Below, piece after piece: positions 27,316-38,630 of a stretch of DNA of 64,000 bases (within the stretch, counting starts at the first letter, position 1; each line of letters opens with the position of its first letter). The stretch covers positions 372,001 to 436,000 of the forward strand of contig JBODTK010000138.1 of the NCBI GenBank assembly GCA_050613775.1. The letters are read 5' to 3'. This stretch comes from Neocallimastix sp. 'constans' (Eukaryota). The notes under the pieces were generated by a model. The model was not told the DNA's origin. It did no database searches and saw nothing but the letters and a program-made list of their open reading frames with translations. Position numbers and translations under genes: made by a program.

Positions 27316-28285
27316 TTTTCGCAGATGAGGATTCTTAATCTAAAAGTTAAAAAAACTAGTTTTAACTTTTAGATTTTCTATATATATAATTAATATATAT
27401 ATATATATATTATTTTTAATTTCTTTAAATCTTTAATTATTATAATAAAATATTAAAGGATAAAAGAACTATTGTATTAATTTCATATTCAAAATTATAT
27501 ATAAATATATATAGAATATAAAAATTTTTATTTTTAGTTATGTTGTAAAGTATGGTATTTATAGTATGTTTTATACTAAATATATATAATAAATCACTAT
27601 GTCGTCAACTATATCAATATATGACTGTGTAAATCATATTTGCATGGATAAAATATAAATCAAATATGTAAATATAAAATAATACATAAAGATATAAAAT
27701 ATATATATATTCAAGACCAGAATTAACGGGAAGGGAGGACTAATACGGCTTCCAGTTTCTCTCCCTTTAAACCTATCAGACTCTCATTGAATATTTTTTT
27801 TTTTTTTTGTCATATCGTTTTGGTGTCGATGTGGATCTCTCTCTAAATCAAAATTAAATATGAAAGATATTCTCCTATACATTGATTTTATGTAACAGGC
27901 TTCTTTTTAAGTGATTTCTTTCTTGAACCATCATTAGGGGGGGAAGGACTAACCTACTACACTCATCCTCTCCATAGTTTAAGTGCTCTCTACCTTAGTA
28001 ATTATATAGTCTAGAAAAAAAAAAGGAATAATTACTATGATGAGTGAACATCCAACTTTCTTTATAGGAAAAGAACGAACTGGGAGGATGAAAATCTTCC
28101 CTTATAAATTCAAAAGGGGGGTAGTCATCGCTTAGGGTCGATCCAAGGAAACCTTACATATATATTAAGTCCCTTATACTAACCCCCAAGATAAAAAAAA
28201 ATTTGGAAAGGGCAAAGATATAATTATATATATATATATAGAACATTCTATTTAAAAATTTCTTTTAATTTTTTTTTTATTTATT

Positions 28286-28337
<52 letters not shown>

Positions 28338-28719
28338 GTAGTAGTAGTATATATAATAAATTTTCAAAATTTTCAAAAGAATATTTTAGATTTTTAATAT
28401 ACATTATAAAATAAAATAATGTATTGTATTACAATTATATATTCATTTAGTTGTTTATTGAAATAAAAAAAAAAAATTTTTTTTAATACGTATATAATGA
28501 TAGATGTAAAATTATTACCCTTTGGTTTCTAATTATTTAATGTTTCTAATATTTATTTTTATAATTAAAATCGGATTAAAATAATTTTTTGTCAATAACT
28601 AAATTAAATTTCAATTGATCTAATAGTGAATTTTAACTTCAAATCCACTAGTATTCTTGACAAAAAAAAAAAATTAAATATTTTGTTAAAAATAATTATA
28701 GATTTTTACTTCACTTAAC

Positions 28720-29691
28720 TGATTTATACCTAATATTCTTAATCTACAAAAATTAAATTTTGTAGAAGTGAATAAAAGGATAAATACTGAATAAAATAGA
28801 ATTAAGAAATTTAAAAAAAATAAATATGTTTTATTATTAAACACAAAAATGTTTTATTAAAAATTTATTTTTATTTTAACATTAATCTTTATTTATTTAA
28901 TAATTAATTTTGTTTAAATTAATAAAATAATTGTTAAAACTAATAAAATAATAAAATGAAATATTTATTATTTATACTAATTTATTTTAAATTTCAATAG
29001 TAAAATTGATTATTAATAACTAATAAAATATATAATAATTTATCAAAATAATTAATAATCATAAAAAAAATTGATTATTAAAAACTAATAAAATATCTAT
29101 AATAATTTATTAAATAATTAATAATAAAGAATAATTTATAAGAAATATTTACATGTTTTTATATTTTTCTTTGATTTTAAACTATTTACATTAAAAATAA
29201 TAAAATTAATAAAAGAGAAATAAAGAATAATTTATTATTAAATTAAACAATATTTACAATTAAAATATTAATAAAGATGAGTTTTAAAATGTTATTTTAA
29301 TTACAATTTGTTTATAAAAGTTGAGTTATAAAATAAATAAAATAATCATTATTTTAAATAAAAGTAACTTAAAAATTATTTAACTAGTTAATTTTAATTT
29401 TGCGATGTTTATAAGTTTGTTTATTTGTTATTTATAATTTATTAAATATGTTTATTATTTTGTTTATTTATAGTTTTAGAAAAATATTATTTATTAATTT
29501 ATTTTAGTTTTTAATTAAAATTATTAATGATTAATTAATTTATTATTATTTTATTTTAATTATTTTTATTTAATTAATTTTTATTAAATATGGATTTAAT
29601 TTTTTTTTAGAATGGATTAATTTTTGGGTTAAGTTAGACAAGAATTTGTTTTTTATTATTTATTTTAATTTAATAATTTTGTTATTTATCA
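28720..29691. mobile_element. Solo LTR, family A copy 1 (TGAT...ATCA, 4-bp TSD TAAC)
   Basis: Near-identical to 40256-41238. Left flank is TAAC (28716-28719). The right TAAC is restored when the insertion at 29695-30541 and one copy of its TSD are removed. Confidence 0.8.
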
Positions 29692-29694
29692 TAA

Positions 29695-30541
29695 TGTAAG
29701 AATCTATAATTATTTGCTAACAAATAATTATATTTTCTTAGTTAAGTTATTATAACTATAACTTTATTTAATTACATATAATATTTATTAATTTATTTAA
29801 TTTAATTTTAAATATTCATTAATTTAACAAAATTTATTTAATTAATTTTAAATAATATATTTACAACATGTTAAATTCTCTACTGTAACTAATATATTTT
29901 GTATTGTATTTTATTCTGTATTTTATAATGTATTCTGTATTTTATTAACTATTTAATTTTATATTTTTAATATAAGGATAAATTATATGATCGAAATATC
30001 TTTTATTATTTTATTCTTTTATTTTCGATCATTAGATTGGAAAATCGGTTAATTAAGATTTTTTCCAATTACTTTTTAGAAGTAATCGGTTTTACTTAAT
30101 TAATGCGATGATCGATATGGATAGAATATCGATCGAAAACTTATCTAGGTTTTTCTATCTAATCTTTTCCTAGATAAGAGATTTGTTAAGATTAGAAAAC
30201 CCTTTCTTATTTAACCTTATTTTCATAAAAAAATATAAATAAGGCTCTTGAGTTCTCTTTGAGAAATCAAGAGTTATTATTATAAAAAAGCATAGTTATA
30301 ATAGTAACAATTTTATATTTTTAACTTTAATAAATTAATAAAAATATTTTATTCAAAAACATATTTTTAAAATCAATTTATACAAACAATTCTTCTCTTA
30401 CTTTTTGTGTTATTATTATAATTAATTTTATAATAAACTCTACTTTAAAGGTAAAAAAATTTATTTTATTTTATTTTCTCAACTTAATGAATTAGTAGTT
30501 AATAATTCTATTTTGAGTTAGATCTTACTAGAATTATTACA
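29695..30541. mobile_element. Solo LTR E (TGTAA...TTACA, 5-bp TSD CATAA)
   Basis: Inverted termini with CATAA at both 29690-29694 and 30542-30546. Confidence 0.8.
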
Positions 30542-30547
30542 CATAAC

Positions 30548-31905
30548 TGTTATGGTTCTGGTTTTATTAGAATTTTTATTTAATTATTTATTTTCAATAT
30601 TTTTCTGTCTACATTTTAATTATTGAAAAACTTCACTTATTTATACTTTTTGAAAAAAAAATAAATATGTAAAGCCTTTCTACATTTTATTATCATATTT
30701 AAAAAAAAAAATATTTACTATTACTAATTACTTAAAATTTTATATTAATTTAAATTAACTAATTCATAAGTATTTTTATTTTAATAAATTTTGTTTACAT
30801 AATTTTATATTATTTTTCATATACTAAAACTAAATTATTTAATATATACGAAAAGTAACAAACAAAATTTAAAAAGATTTTACAGAAAAATAAAGTTATT
30901 TTAATCAAGAATGTTAATATAATATTCTTATATTTTATATAAAATAAATTTAAAAACTATAATATATTTAATATTTATTATTAATCAATTAAGATTTGAT
31001 TTTATTTGTGGGGAATAAAAATATAAAATAATCAATTTAAAAATAAAATAAAATACTAAAAAGAATACAAGTTTAATATTGATACAATATAATAATAATA
31101 TAATAATATATTTGAAAATAAAAATAAAATATTAATATTGATAATAAACACTTTAATAAAATAATAAAATTTAAGGTTAAATTATAGATATTGATATTAA
31201 TAATAAAAATATAGAATTATTGATAATATTTTAGAAACTTTTAATAAAAATATAAAAAAAATATATTTAGAAAATATTTTAGTATAGAAAATATAGTAAA
31301 GTAATATTAAGTAAAGAATAATATAATGGATTCTAAAGTAAGTTGAAATTCTAATTAATAATCCATTATATGTTCGTTCTTGGTATGGTTCATATAATTT
31401 TAGGAATATAATAATAATTAACACAAATAATAAAATTACAATAAAAAAAATTAATTTGTTTTAAAATCATTATTTATTTATTTAAATTTATAAAAGAAAA
31501 ATAATAATATAATTATTTATTTAATAAAAAAGAAAGTTATTGATTATATTTTATTTCACTAAAAATTACATGTATTTATATTTTTATATCAAATTAAAAT
31601 TTGTAAAGCCTAACTATTTTTTTTAATAAACTAATTACTAATTATTTTTATAAATAAAACATTTAAATTGAAATTGAATTATTATTTTAGTTAATAATAT
31701 TATTGTTATAAATAGTAGTTATATATTATTGAATTATTAATTATTTAATAATAGTTTAATACTAATATATATAAAATAAAAATAAAGAGATTATACAGAA
31801 TATTTTATTGTGGTTTAGTTAAATTTAGTAATTAAAAATAAATTTATATTGATAACGAAAATTTTAATAATTAATTATATAGATTTGATTATTTTCAATA
31901 TAACA
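30548..31905. mobile_element. Probable solo LTR F (TGTTAT...ATAACA)
   Basis: 6-bp inverted termini; flanks TAAC / TAAT (one mismatch). The right boundary is less certain. Confidence 0.5.
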
Positions 31906-32183
31906 TAATACAAAAGAAATATAATATTAATATATTAAGTGGGCAAGGACAATATTCTTGGCTAAAGATTTTTAATACATTATAATGGAATCGGATCGAT
32001 AATTCAAAAAGGAATTATAAGTTAATTAGTGATTTATTAACTTAAGATTTCTATTTAGTAATATTTGAAGAATATTGGAAAGTTCCAATTATATAGAATA
32101 GAATAATCTATAAGGTTAGAATAATTTATATTATTCTAGTACAATTAGTATTATTTGTTCATTCTGTATTATTCTTTACTATA

Positions 32184-32336
32184 TGGTACGTGCTTGTACC
32201 TTGGGCTTATTGACACTTCACTTGTTAAAATAAATTATTCTAGATTGAATGAACACTTAAATTTTATAACTTTTATTAATTCTTATTATTAAGATATTTT
32301 ATTTATTCTTTTTTTTTTTTTTTTTTACAAGAAACA

Positions 32337-32367
<31 letters not shown>

Positions 32368-32760
32368 TATATATAAATACAATAAAATATTTTATTTATT
32401 ATAATTCTAAAATTCTATATTTCAATATTATAGGATATTAAATTATTAGTTTTCTCTTTTATAACTCTATAATTTTTAATCCTAACTCCGTTCTTGAAAT
32501 ATATTATTTATCTCCGAATTATAATCTCCTCTACATCATCTCATTATTATTATTATTATTATTTTATTTTTTTTTTTTTTATAAATCAATTTTAATATAT
32601 ACATTCTAAACAAATTTAATTAATTTTTTTAATTAATAAACAAAAAAATTTTTTTTTTTTTTTTTTTTAAATAATTTATTAATAATCTAATTTATTAAAC
32701 TATTTTATAATATTATATTCTTCACTCTGAATTTTATATTTTTATGGGTGCATCGCACCA
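32184..32760 (-). repeat. 3' LTR of element B (577 bp)
   Basis: tggtacgtgc...catcgcacca; direct repeat of 38971-39541 plus 40205-40250. Confidence 0.95.
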
Positions 32761-32775
32761 AGACGCCCCCACTAA
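32761..32775 (-). other. Polypurine tract of element B
   Basis: Minus strand TTAGTGGGGGCGTCT immediately before the 3' LTR; element D has AGTGGGGGCATTT at the same position. Confidence 0.8.
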
Positions 32776-32861
32776 TTTTAGACTTACTATGGAAGTCTAC
32801 AAATTACGAATTAATATTGAGAATTAATAATATTGATATTAATATTATTATTATTTTTTTT

Positions 32862-32917
<56 letters not shown>

Positions 32918-33013
32918 ATAATTACTAACAGTTTTTTTTTTTTTTTTTTTTTTTTAATAATAATTACTAACAATTTTTTTTTTATTTTTTTTAATAACAA
33001 TAATAATTACTAA

Positions 33014-33059
<46 letters not shown>

Positions 33060-33108
33060 ACAATAATAATTACTAACAATTTTTTTTTTTTTTTATTTAT
33101 TTACATAT

Positions 33109-36021
33109 TTACAAATTACCTATTTCAGTAAAATAGGGTATAATGTTCTTGAGGTGTACATTTCTTTCAGCTATTTCTCCAGAAATTGGATCACAAACAG
33201 TAACGGTATTTAATTCTCTCTTAACAATTTTTAGTGGACCTATAAAGTAAGGGTCCAATTTCCTTCTATTAAAGGTTTTTATCAGAATTAGATCTCCCGG
33301 TTTAAAATCAGCTCTCAATCTTTTCATTTGTCTTCGTCTATCCATCCATAAATTGTTAGCGGTTTCAATATTTTTAATTGCCTCTTCTATCCATTTATGA
33401 TGATTAATAAATTTCCTTATCCAATATTCTTCTTCATCTTTATTTTTATTTATTCCTCCCACATTTAATCCGAGTTCGAAAGGCTGTAAATCTTTTCTCC
33501 CATATAGTAACTCAAAACTACTGAATTTAGTAACTTCATTTTTACACGTTCGGAGAGCCCATAAAGCACTTGGTAGTACGTCATCCCAATCGTCTTCTGA
33601 ATTTCCTAATGTCCTTAAGTACTTAGAGATCTCCTTATTCCGGTTCTCAACTTCGCCATTGGAGGCAGGATGATAGGTTGTAATGAATCGAACAAAAACG
33701 TCATGGAGATCTAAAAATGCCTTGGTCTTATCCGAACAAAATTGTGGCCCATTATCAGTAATTAGTTGTTCTGGGGTTCCATGTCTTGCAAAAACCCCTT
33801 TCAAGAACCTTATAACATCCTCGGATTCAGTCTTTTGTAAGGGCTCTGCTTCGACCCACTTGGTTAAATAATCCACCAATACTATTATATACTTATTTCC
33901 TCTCCTTGTGGTAGGCAAAGGCCCAATAAGATCTAGTCCTACCCTTGAAAATGGCAATCCTGGTGCAGTTGGAATATCCTCCGTATATTGGTTTAAGGCT
34001 TGAGGCTTGTAAGTTTGACATTTATGACATCCCTTTACGTATAATTTCACGTCACGGCTCATGTTACTCCAATAGTAGTCACGTTTTAATCTACAATATG
34101 TTTTGAAAATTCCTTCGTGACCTATATTGTGCGCAGACTCCAATAATCGTAATTTTTCTTCTGGTTTTACCACTATTTTTCTAAGACTATCACCTTGCTT
34201 ATAGTATTTAGTACCATTTATTTCGATAATTTTATTATTAACAAAATTTTGTATATTTATATTATTGTGGAAATTACTATCCTTCTTAGATTCTGACGTC
34301 CCTTTTACCTCACTATTTACATTTATTAATTCAATCTCGGTGCTTAATATAGATTTATCGTTGGGTATTACTGGATCCATTGTTAATCTTGATAGAGCAT
34401 CAGCGACTACGTTCTTCTTACCTTCTTCATATTTTACTTTCACCTTTAGAGAACTAAGAAAAATTATCCATTTAGTGTGTCTAGAGGAGGTTGGTTCCGT
34501 ATTCTTAAAGAATCCCACTAATGGCTTGTGATCTGTAATTAATATTGGCTCAGGTTTACCGCCACAGATATAATGTTTGAATTTTTTTACACAATAAAAA
34601 ACAGCAAGTCCTTCTAAATCTGTAACATTATAATTTAGTTCAGCTGACTTCAAAGTTCTACTAACAAAATGCAAAGGATGTTCATTTCCATCCTCATCCT
34701 TTTGAATTAAAACCCCTCCAATCCCTTTTCTTGATGCATCAGTTCTGATAATAAATTCTTTGTCATAATCCGGTAATGAGAAGATTGGAGCAGTTATTAA
34801 TCTATCCTTTAATGTCTGAAAGGATAGATCCTCCTCGGGGCCCCAGTGAAAGTTAGAATTTTTCTTTAATAGTTTAATTAAGGAAGTAGCTTCGGCAGCG
34901 AAGTTCGGAATGAACTTCCTGTAGTAACCAACGGCTCCCAGAAACGATCTTACATCTGTAATATTTTTCGGAGGTAACCATCGCTTTATTACTTCTACTT
35001 TAGTAGGGACCGGCTTTAAACCATCCACCGTAAGTAAATGACCCAGCAACTCCACTTCCTTTTGGAAGAAGTGACATTTTTCTATATTGATCTTTAAATT
35101 GTTTTCTCTGAGGATTTTAAAAACTTTAACTATATCTTCTAAATGTTTTTCAAAAGAGCCAGAAAAAATAATAACATCATCGATATAAATAAAAATACAA
35201 TTCCCTATGAGTTCAAAAAAAATTCTATTCATCTCCCGTTGAAAGGTAGCGGGAGCATTAGTTAGTCCAAATGGCATTACATTAAACTCGTAGTTACCAA
35301 AAATTGTAGTGAATGCCGTTTTATCTTTATCTTGTTCAAACATGGGTACTTGATGATACCCCGAAAAGAGATCTAGGGTAGTAAGTATTTTAGCTGTATT
35401 CCCAATAGCATAAAGAATTTCATCGATTCGAGGAAGCGCGTAAGAATCCTTAATCGTACAGTTGTTCAACTTACGGTAATCTCTGCACAATCTATATTTC
35501 CCGTTTTTCTTTTCCACTAAGATCGCGGGAGATGCCCAAGCAGAATCTGAGGGTTCTATTAGTTTGTTTTTGATTAATTTAGTGATCTCCTCCTTCAATA
35601 CCTTAAAATGTACACAGGACAATCTATATGGTTTCTGTTTAAATGGTGTAATCCCTGGAAGAAGATTTATTCTATGAGGTAGTAGCTTCGTATTTCCTAA
35701 ATCGTCCGTTTTTATGGCTAAGACCTCTTTATATTCCTCAAAGATTCGATTCACGCGGCCTTTAAATTTGTTCGGTACTTCCTCAACAATTTTCTTAATA
35801 ATATCTTGTTTAGATTCTACCTCTTCTTGTTCTTCTATAGTTGATTTGGGAACTTCCTTTATCTCTTCAATTTCGTTACTGTTCTTCTTAATGGTTAAAA
35901 GCATAGGCACACTATTATTTATCTCTTGGACATCCTCTTGTTCCTCAACCTCTTGCTCTTCACTTTCAGAGTCAGAACTCGTTGGTAGTTTAATATCATA
36001 CCTAAGATGAGCAATCTCCAC
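33109..36021 (-). CDS. pol: Gypsy pol: reverse transcriptase, RNase H, integrase
   Basis: RT: WASP..RLCRDYRKLN..LDLFSGYHQV..MPFGLTNAPATFQ..YIDD. RNase H: TDAS..DLEGLA..TDHKPL..VADALSR. IN: HHCC (AHNIGH..CHKC), DDE (GLDLIGP, ITDNGPQF, NGEVE), GPY/F-type motif KLDPYFIGPLKI. Ends FTEIGNL* with no chromodomain. Confidence 0.97.
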   Translation of the reverse strand: MEIAHLRYDIKLPTSSDSESEEQEVEEQEDVQEINNSVPMLLTIKKNSNEIEEIKEVPKSTIEEQEEVESKQDIIKKIVEEVPNKFKGRVNRIFEEYKEVLAIKTDDLGNTKLLPHRINLLPGITPFKQKPYRLSCVHFKVLKEEITKLIKNKLIEPSDSAWASPAILVEKKNGKYRLCRDYRKLNNCTIKDSYALPRIDEILYAIGNTAKILTTLDLFSGYHQVPMFEQDKDKTAFTTIFGNYEFNVMPFGLTNAPATFQREMNRIFFELIGNCIFIYIDDVIIFSGSFEKHLEDIVKVFKILRENNLKINIEKCHFFQKEVELLGHLLTVDGLKPVPTKVEVIKRWLPPKNITDVRSFLGAVGYYRKFIPNFAAEATSLIKLLKKNSNFHWGPEEDLSFQTLKDRLITAPIFSLPDYDKEFIIRTDASRKGIGGVLIQKDEDGNEHPLHFVSRTLKSAELNYNVTDLEGLAVFYCVKKFKHYICGGKPEPILITDHKPLVGFFKNTEPTSSRHTKWIIFLSSLKVKVKYEEGKKNVVADALSRLTMDPVIPNDKSILSTEIELINVNSEVKGTSESKKDSNFHNNINIQNFVNNKIIEINGTKYYKQGDSLRKIVVKPEEKLRLLESAHNIGHEGIFKTYCRLKRDYYWSNMSRDVKLYVKGCHKCQTYKPQALNQYTEDIPTAPGLPFSRVGLDLIGPLPTTRRGNKYIIVLVDYLTKWVEAEPLQKTESEDVIRFLKGVFARHGTPEQLITDNGPQFCSDKTKAFLDLHDVFVRFITTYHPASNGEVENRNKEISKYLRTLGNSEDDWDDVLPSALWALRTCKNEVTKFSSFELLYGRKDLQPFELGLNVGGINKNKDEEEYWIRKFINHHKWIEEAIKNIETANNLWMDRRRQMKRLRADFKPGDLILIKTFNRRKLDPYFIGPLKIVKRELNTVTVCDPISGEIAERNVHLKNIIPYFTEIGNL

Positions 36022-36089
36022 ATTATTATTAGAATTATCAATAAGATACAGTTTATCATTAACAAAGTCTAATATGAATCTATTTCTTT

Positions 36090-37460
36090 TTAGTGAATCG
36101 ATTCCAAAAGTAAGTCGAATAGGTCACTCTTTTCGATTACACGGAATTTTTCTTCAAATGTATAAGAGCCAATTTTTATCTTTAATTTATATATGTCAGT
36201 ACGTGTGTTTGCATTCGAGAAAGCTTGAAATATGGTTTCCATTATTCTTCCGATTGGTTTTAAGGTGGATTTTAATTTCCTTAAAAATTCTCTTGATACC
36301 ATATTAACACTGGCGCAGGAGTCTAACAGAATATCCGTATTTACCCCTTCTACCCATCCATTCACTTTAACAATCTTATTTTTATTGATGGCCATAATTA
36401 CATTGGTAATTGTATTTGTAGCAAGTGGGGGTTCTAATCGTAATTTTTGAGAAAAAGCTGTCCTAAATTTCGGAAATAAATCGAGTAAATGTACTAACTT
36501 AGTGGTAACCTCCGTTGAAGCTATTTCACCTATTAAGTCGTCCATTTTAAAATTCTCAAATCCTTTCATTAATCTTATATGTCTTTCCACTTGATCAATT
36601 TTTCGTTTGGATTCTTCTTTTCTGGTTTGTACTACACTTTCTTTAATTTCTTTAATTCTCTCCGCTCTAGCTTTTCTCTTGGCATTTGAAATATTTTTCT
36701 CATTAATGATAGAAACGTCTAATTGTTCTAACTTCTCTGTTTTGTTTTTATCTATTTGTTCTTTATTTGTTCTATGAACTTGCTTATTAAGGTCATTTGT
36801 TATTTCAATTGAATTCTTCATGCTTGTGTCCTGCTTATGGTTATTTATTCCTTCAACTTCCTTCATTTCCACATCATTATTAGTAAGTGCATGATCGTTT
36901 ATTGTGGAATTGTGTTTCATGGCATTAGTGTTGATAGCGATGGGATTATCTATTAATCTATCCTTTCTTTTTATTGATTCATATTTGTTGGGTGGATCAT
37001 CTTCCTTAGGTTTATACGGGGTCCTCATTTTAACTTTTATGGATTTATCTTTTCTTGTAGCTGCAAGTACATTGTTATTTATGGTGTTAGTGTTAGTTTT
37101 TGTAATATCAAAATAATTATTATGATCATTTTTATCAGAGTTTATTTCCTCTGATTCATTATAAATGGAATCATCATTATAATTAATTTTTGTTGTAGTA
37201 TAATTATTTAATTTTGTATATTCTTTATTAACTTCATTATTAATATTTGTATTTTTATTTTCAATTCTAGTATTCTCAAAAGTATCATTGTTTTCATTAC
37301 TTGCACATATATCGTTAAACTCCACATGTTTATTGGAATTTTCATCTTTATATAAATAATTTTTTTTATCCTTTGTTTCTAGAATACTAGTATTAATATT
37401 ATAATTTATTAAGTTGGTTTGTTTACTGGAAGTTATCCTTCTCCCATTTACAAGTTTAAA
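36090..37460 (-). CDS. Gypsy pol N-terminal part with aspartic protease, entered by -1 frameshift from gag
   Basis: Frame is open from the slippery site at 37460 into ORF 36090..37325; protease motif ILLDSCASVNMV. A 1-nt deletion near 36105 separates DLLL|GIDSLKRNRFILDF from the RT frame. Confidence 0.88.
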   Translation of the reverse strand, partial: FKLVNGRRITSSKQTNLINYNINTSILETKDKKNYLYKDENSNKHVEFNDICASNENNDTFENTRIENKNTNINNEVNKEYTKLNNYTTTKINYNDDSIYNESEEINSDKNDHNNYFDITKTNTNTINNNVLAATRKDKSIKVKMRTPYKPKEDDPPNKYESIKRKDRLIDNPIAINTNAMKHNSTINDHALTNNDVEMKEVEGINNHKQDTSMKNSIEITNDLNKQVHRTNKEQIDKNKTEKLEQLDVSIINEKNISNAKRKARAERIKEIKESVVQTRKEESKRKIDQVERHIRLMKGFENFKMDDLIGEIASTEVTTKLVHLLDLFPKFRTAFSQKLRLEPPLATNTITNVIMAINKNKIVKVNGWVEGVNTDILLDSCASVNMVSREFLRKLKSTLKPIGRIMETIFQAFSNANTRTDIYKLKIKIGSYTFEEKFRVIEKSDLFDLLLESIH

Positions 37461-38630
37461 TTTCTTTTAGGAAGTAAACCTTTCTCTTCCATATCAGCTA
37501 GTTGTTTAAATGTATATGGACAATTATTACTTTTGTGCCCAGTTTGATAGCAACGATGACAATAAATATTTACTTTATTTCGACTAGCACCTTCAGTATT
37601 CTCTTTATTAATTTGACCTTGATTGTTATTAGGGTTACCGTTCATAACTTCATCGTTGTTATTCTGTTGATAATTTCTTCTTAGGGGTTCGTTATAAGCA
37701 TTAAAATTAGAACTAGTGGAGTAATTGTTATTATTATAGTAATGCGTTGGTCTCATAGAAAAATTACCATATTCCTTGTTATTATAGCTATTACTGTTAT
37801 TATAGATTCTATTTATATTGTTGTTGTTATTAGGTATGTTTCCGTAATAGTTGTTCCTTCTAAAATTGTTATAATTATTAGTGTAGTCTCTAGAACTTGG
37901 ATTATTGTACTGAAAGTAGTTCTGAAGTCTATTTCTAAAGTTCCCATTATTGGTCGGCATACTGGACTCTAAATTATTATTAAAATAATTAAATACATCT
38001 GTTCTATTTCTTCTAACATTCCCAATATTTTGTGTAAGCATAGATATGTTATTGGAAATTTTTCTTCTTGAACCATAGGTTTGTTGATAGTTCTCTTGAT
38101 TCGAAGCGGTTGCTCTTTCCAGCTTCTTCTGCGGTTTCTGCTATTTCATATGCTTCATTCAGACTTTCACATTTAGAAATGAATACTTGGGAATATGCGA
38201 AGTTTCTTGATTTGATGGAATTTCTATAATTTTTAACAGATAATATCTTTTGATAATCTCTTGGAAGGTCATGATATAATCTTCTATACCTATCATTGAA
38301 ACTTTTAATTGTTTCTTCGCCTTGAATAATGAGACCTTGTAAATAAGTAAGTTTGTCACCCTCCGTAACTCCTTTGTGTTTTTCTATGGCTTTTTGTATA
38401 TCCTTTAAGGAAGGATATACATTGTTTCTTTTATCTACTAACCTCCTTAAAGCAGCCTTAGTATTAGCATCTACCGCCTCACAAGCCCAAGTAAATATTC
38501 TTTTTGGGTCTTTGATATTACAGACCCTCATTAGATTACCAAGATCCTCAATCCAGTCCACCACATGGTTATCGTAATCTTCTAATAGTGGTAGAACCTT
38601 ATAAATTTTTAGTGAGTCCATTATAGTCAC
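37448..38630 (-). CDS. gag: gag of element B, split by one frameshift near 38100-38130
   Basis: ORF 38049..38630 (capsid-like, homologous to the 42145..43707 N-terminus) plus ORF 37448..38041 with CCHC knuckle CHRCYQTGHKSNNC. Confidence 0.88.
37454..37460 (-). other. -1 programmed ribosomal frameshift slippery site U UUA AAC
   Basis: gag ends AAT TTA AAC TTG TAA. The heptamer is in X XXY YYZ phase, pol is exactly the -1 frame, and a stem-loop TGGGAG-N8-CTTCCA starts 7 nt downstream. Confidence 0.8.

Noticed and set aside
27540..28230. GC-elevated segment with G-runs, possible LTR/PBS/PPT of the Copia relic
   Set aside because: No second copy, PBS or TSD found in the window.
28505..32183. 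An older host LTR (starting TGTAAAATT at ~28505 and continuing at 31910-32183) into which A1, F and B inserted
   Set aside because: Plausible from sequence texture, but no matching right terminus or TSD is visible.
33683..38577. Short plus-strand ORFs inside element B
   Set aside because: Antisense shadows of gag-pol; no env-like or independent gene evidence.
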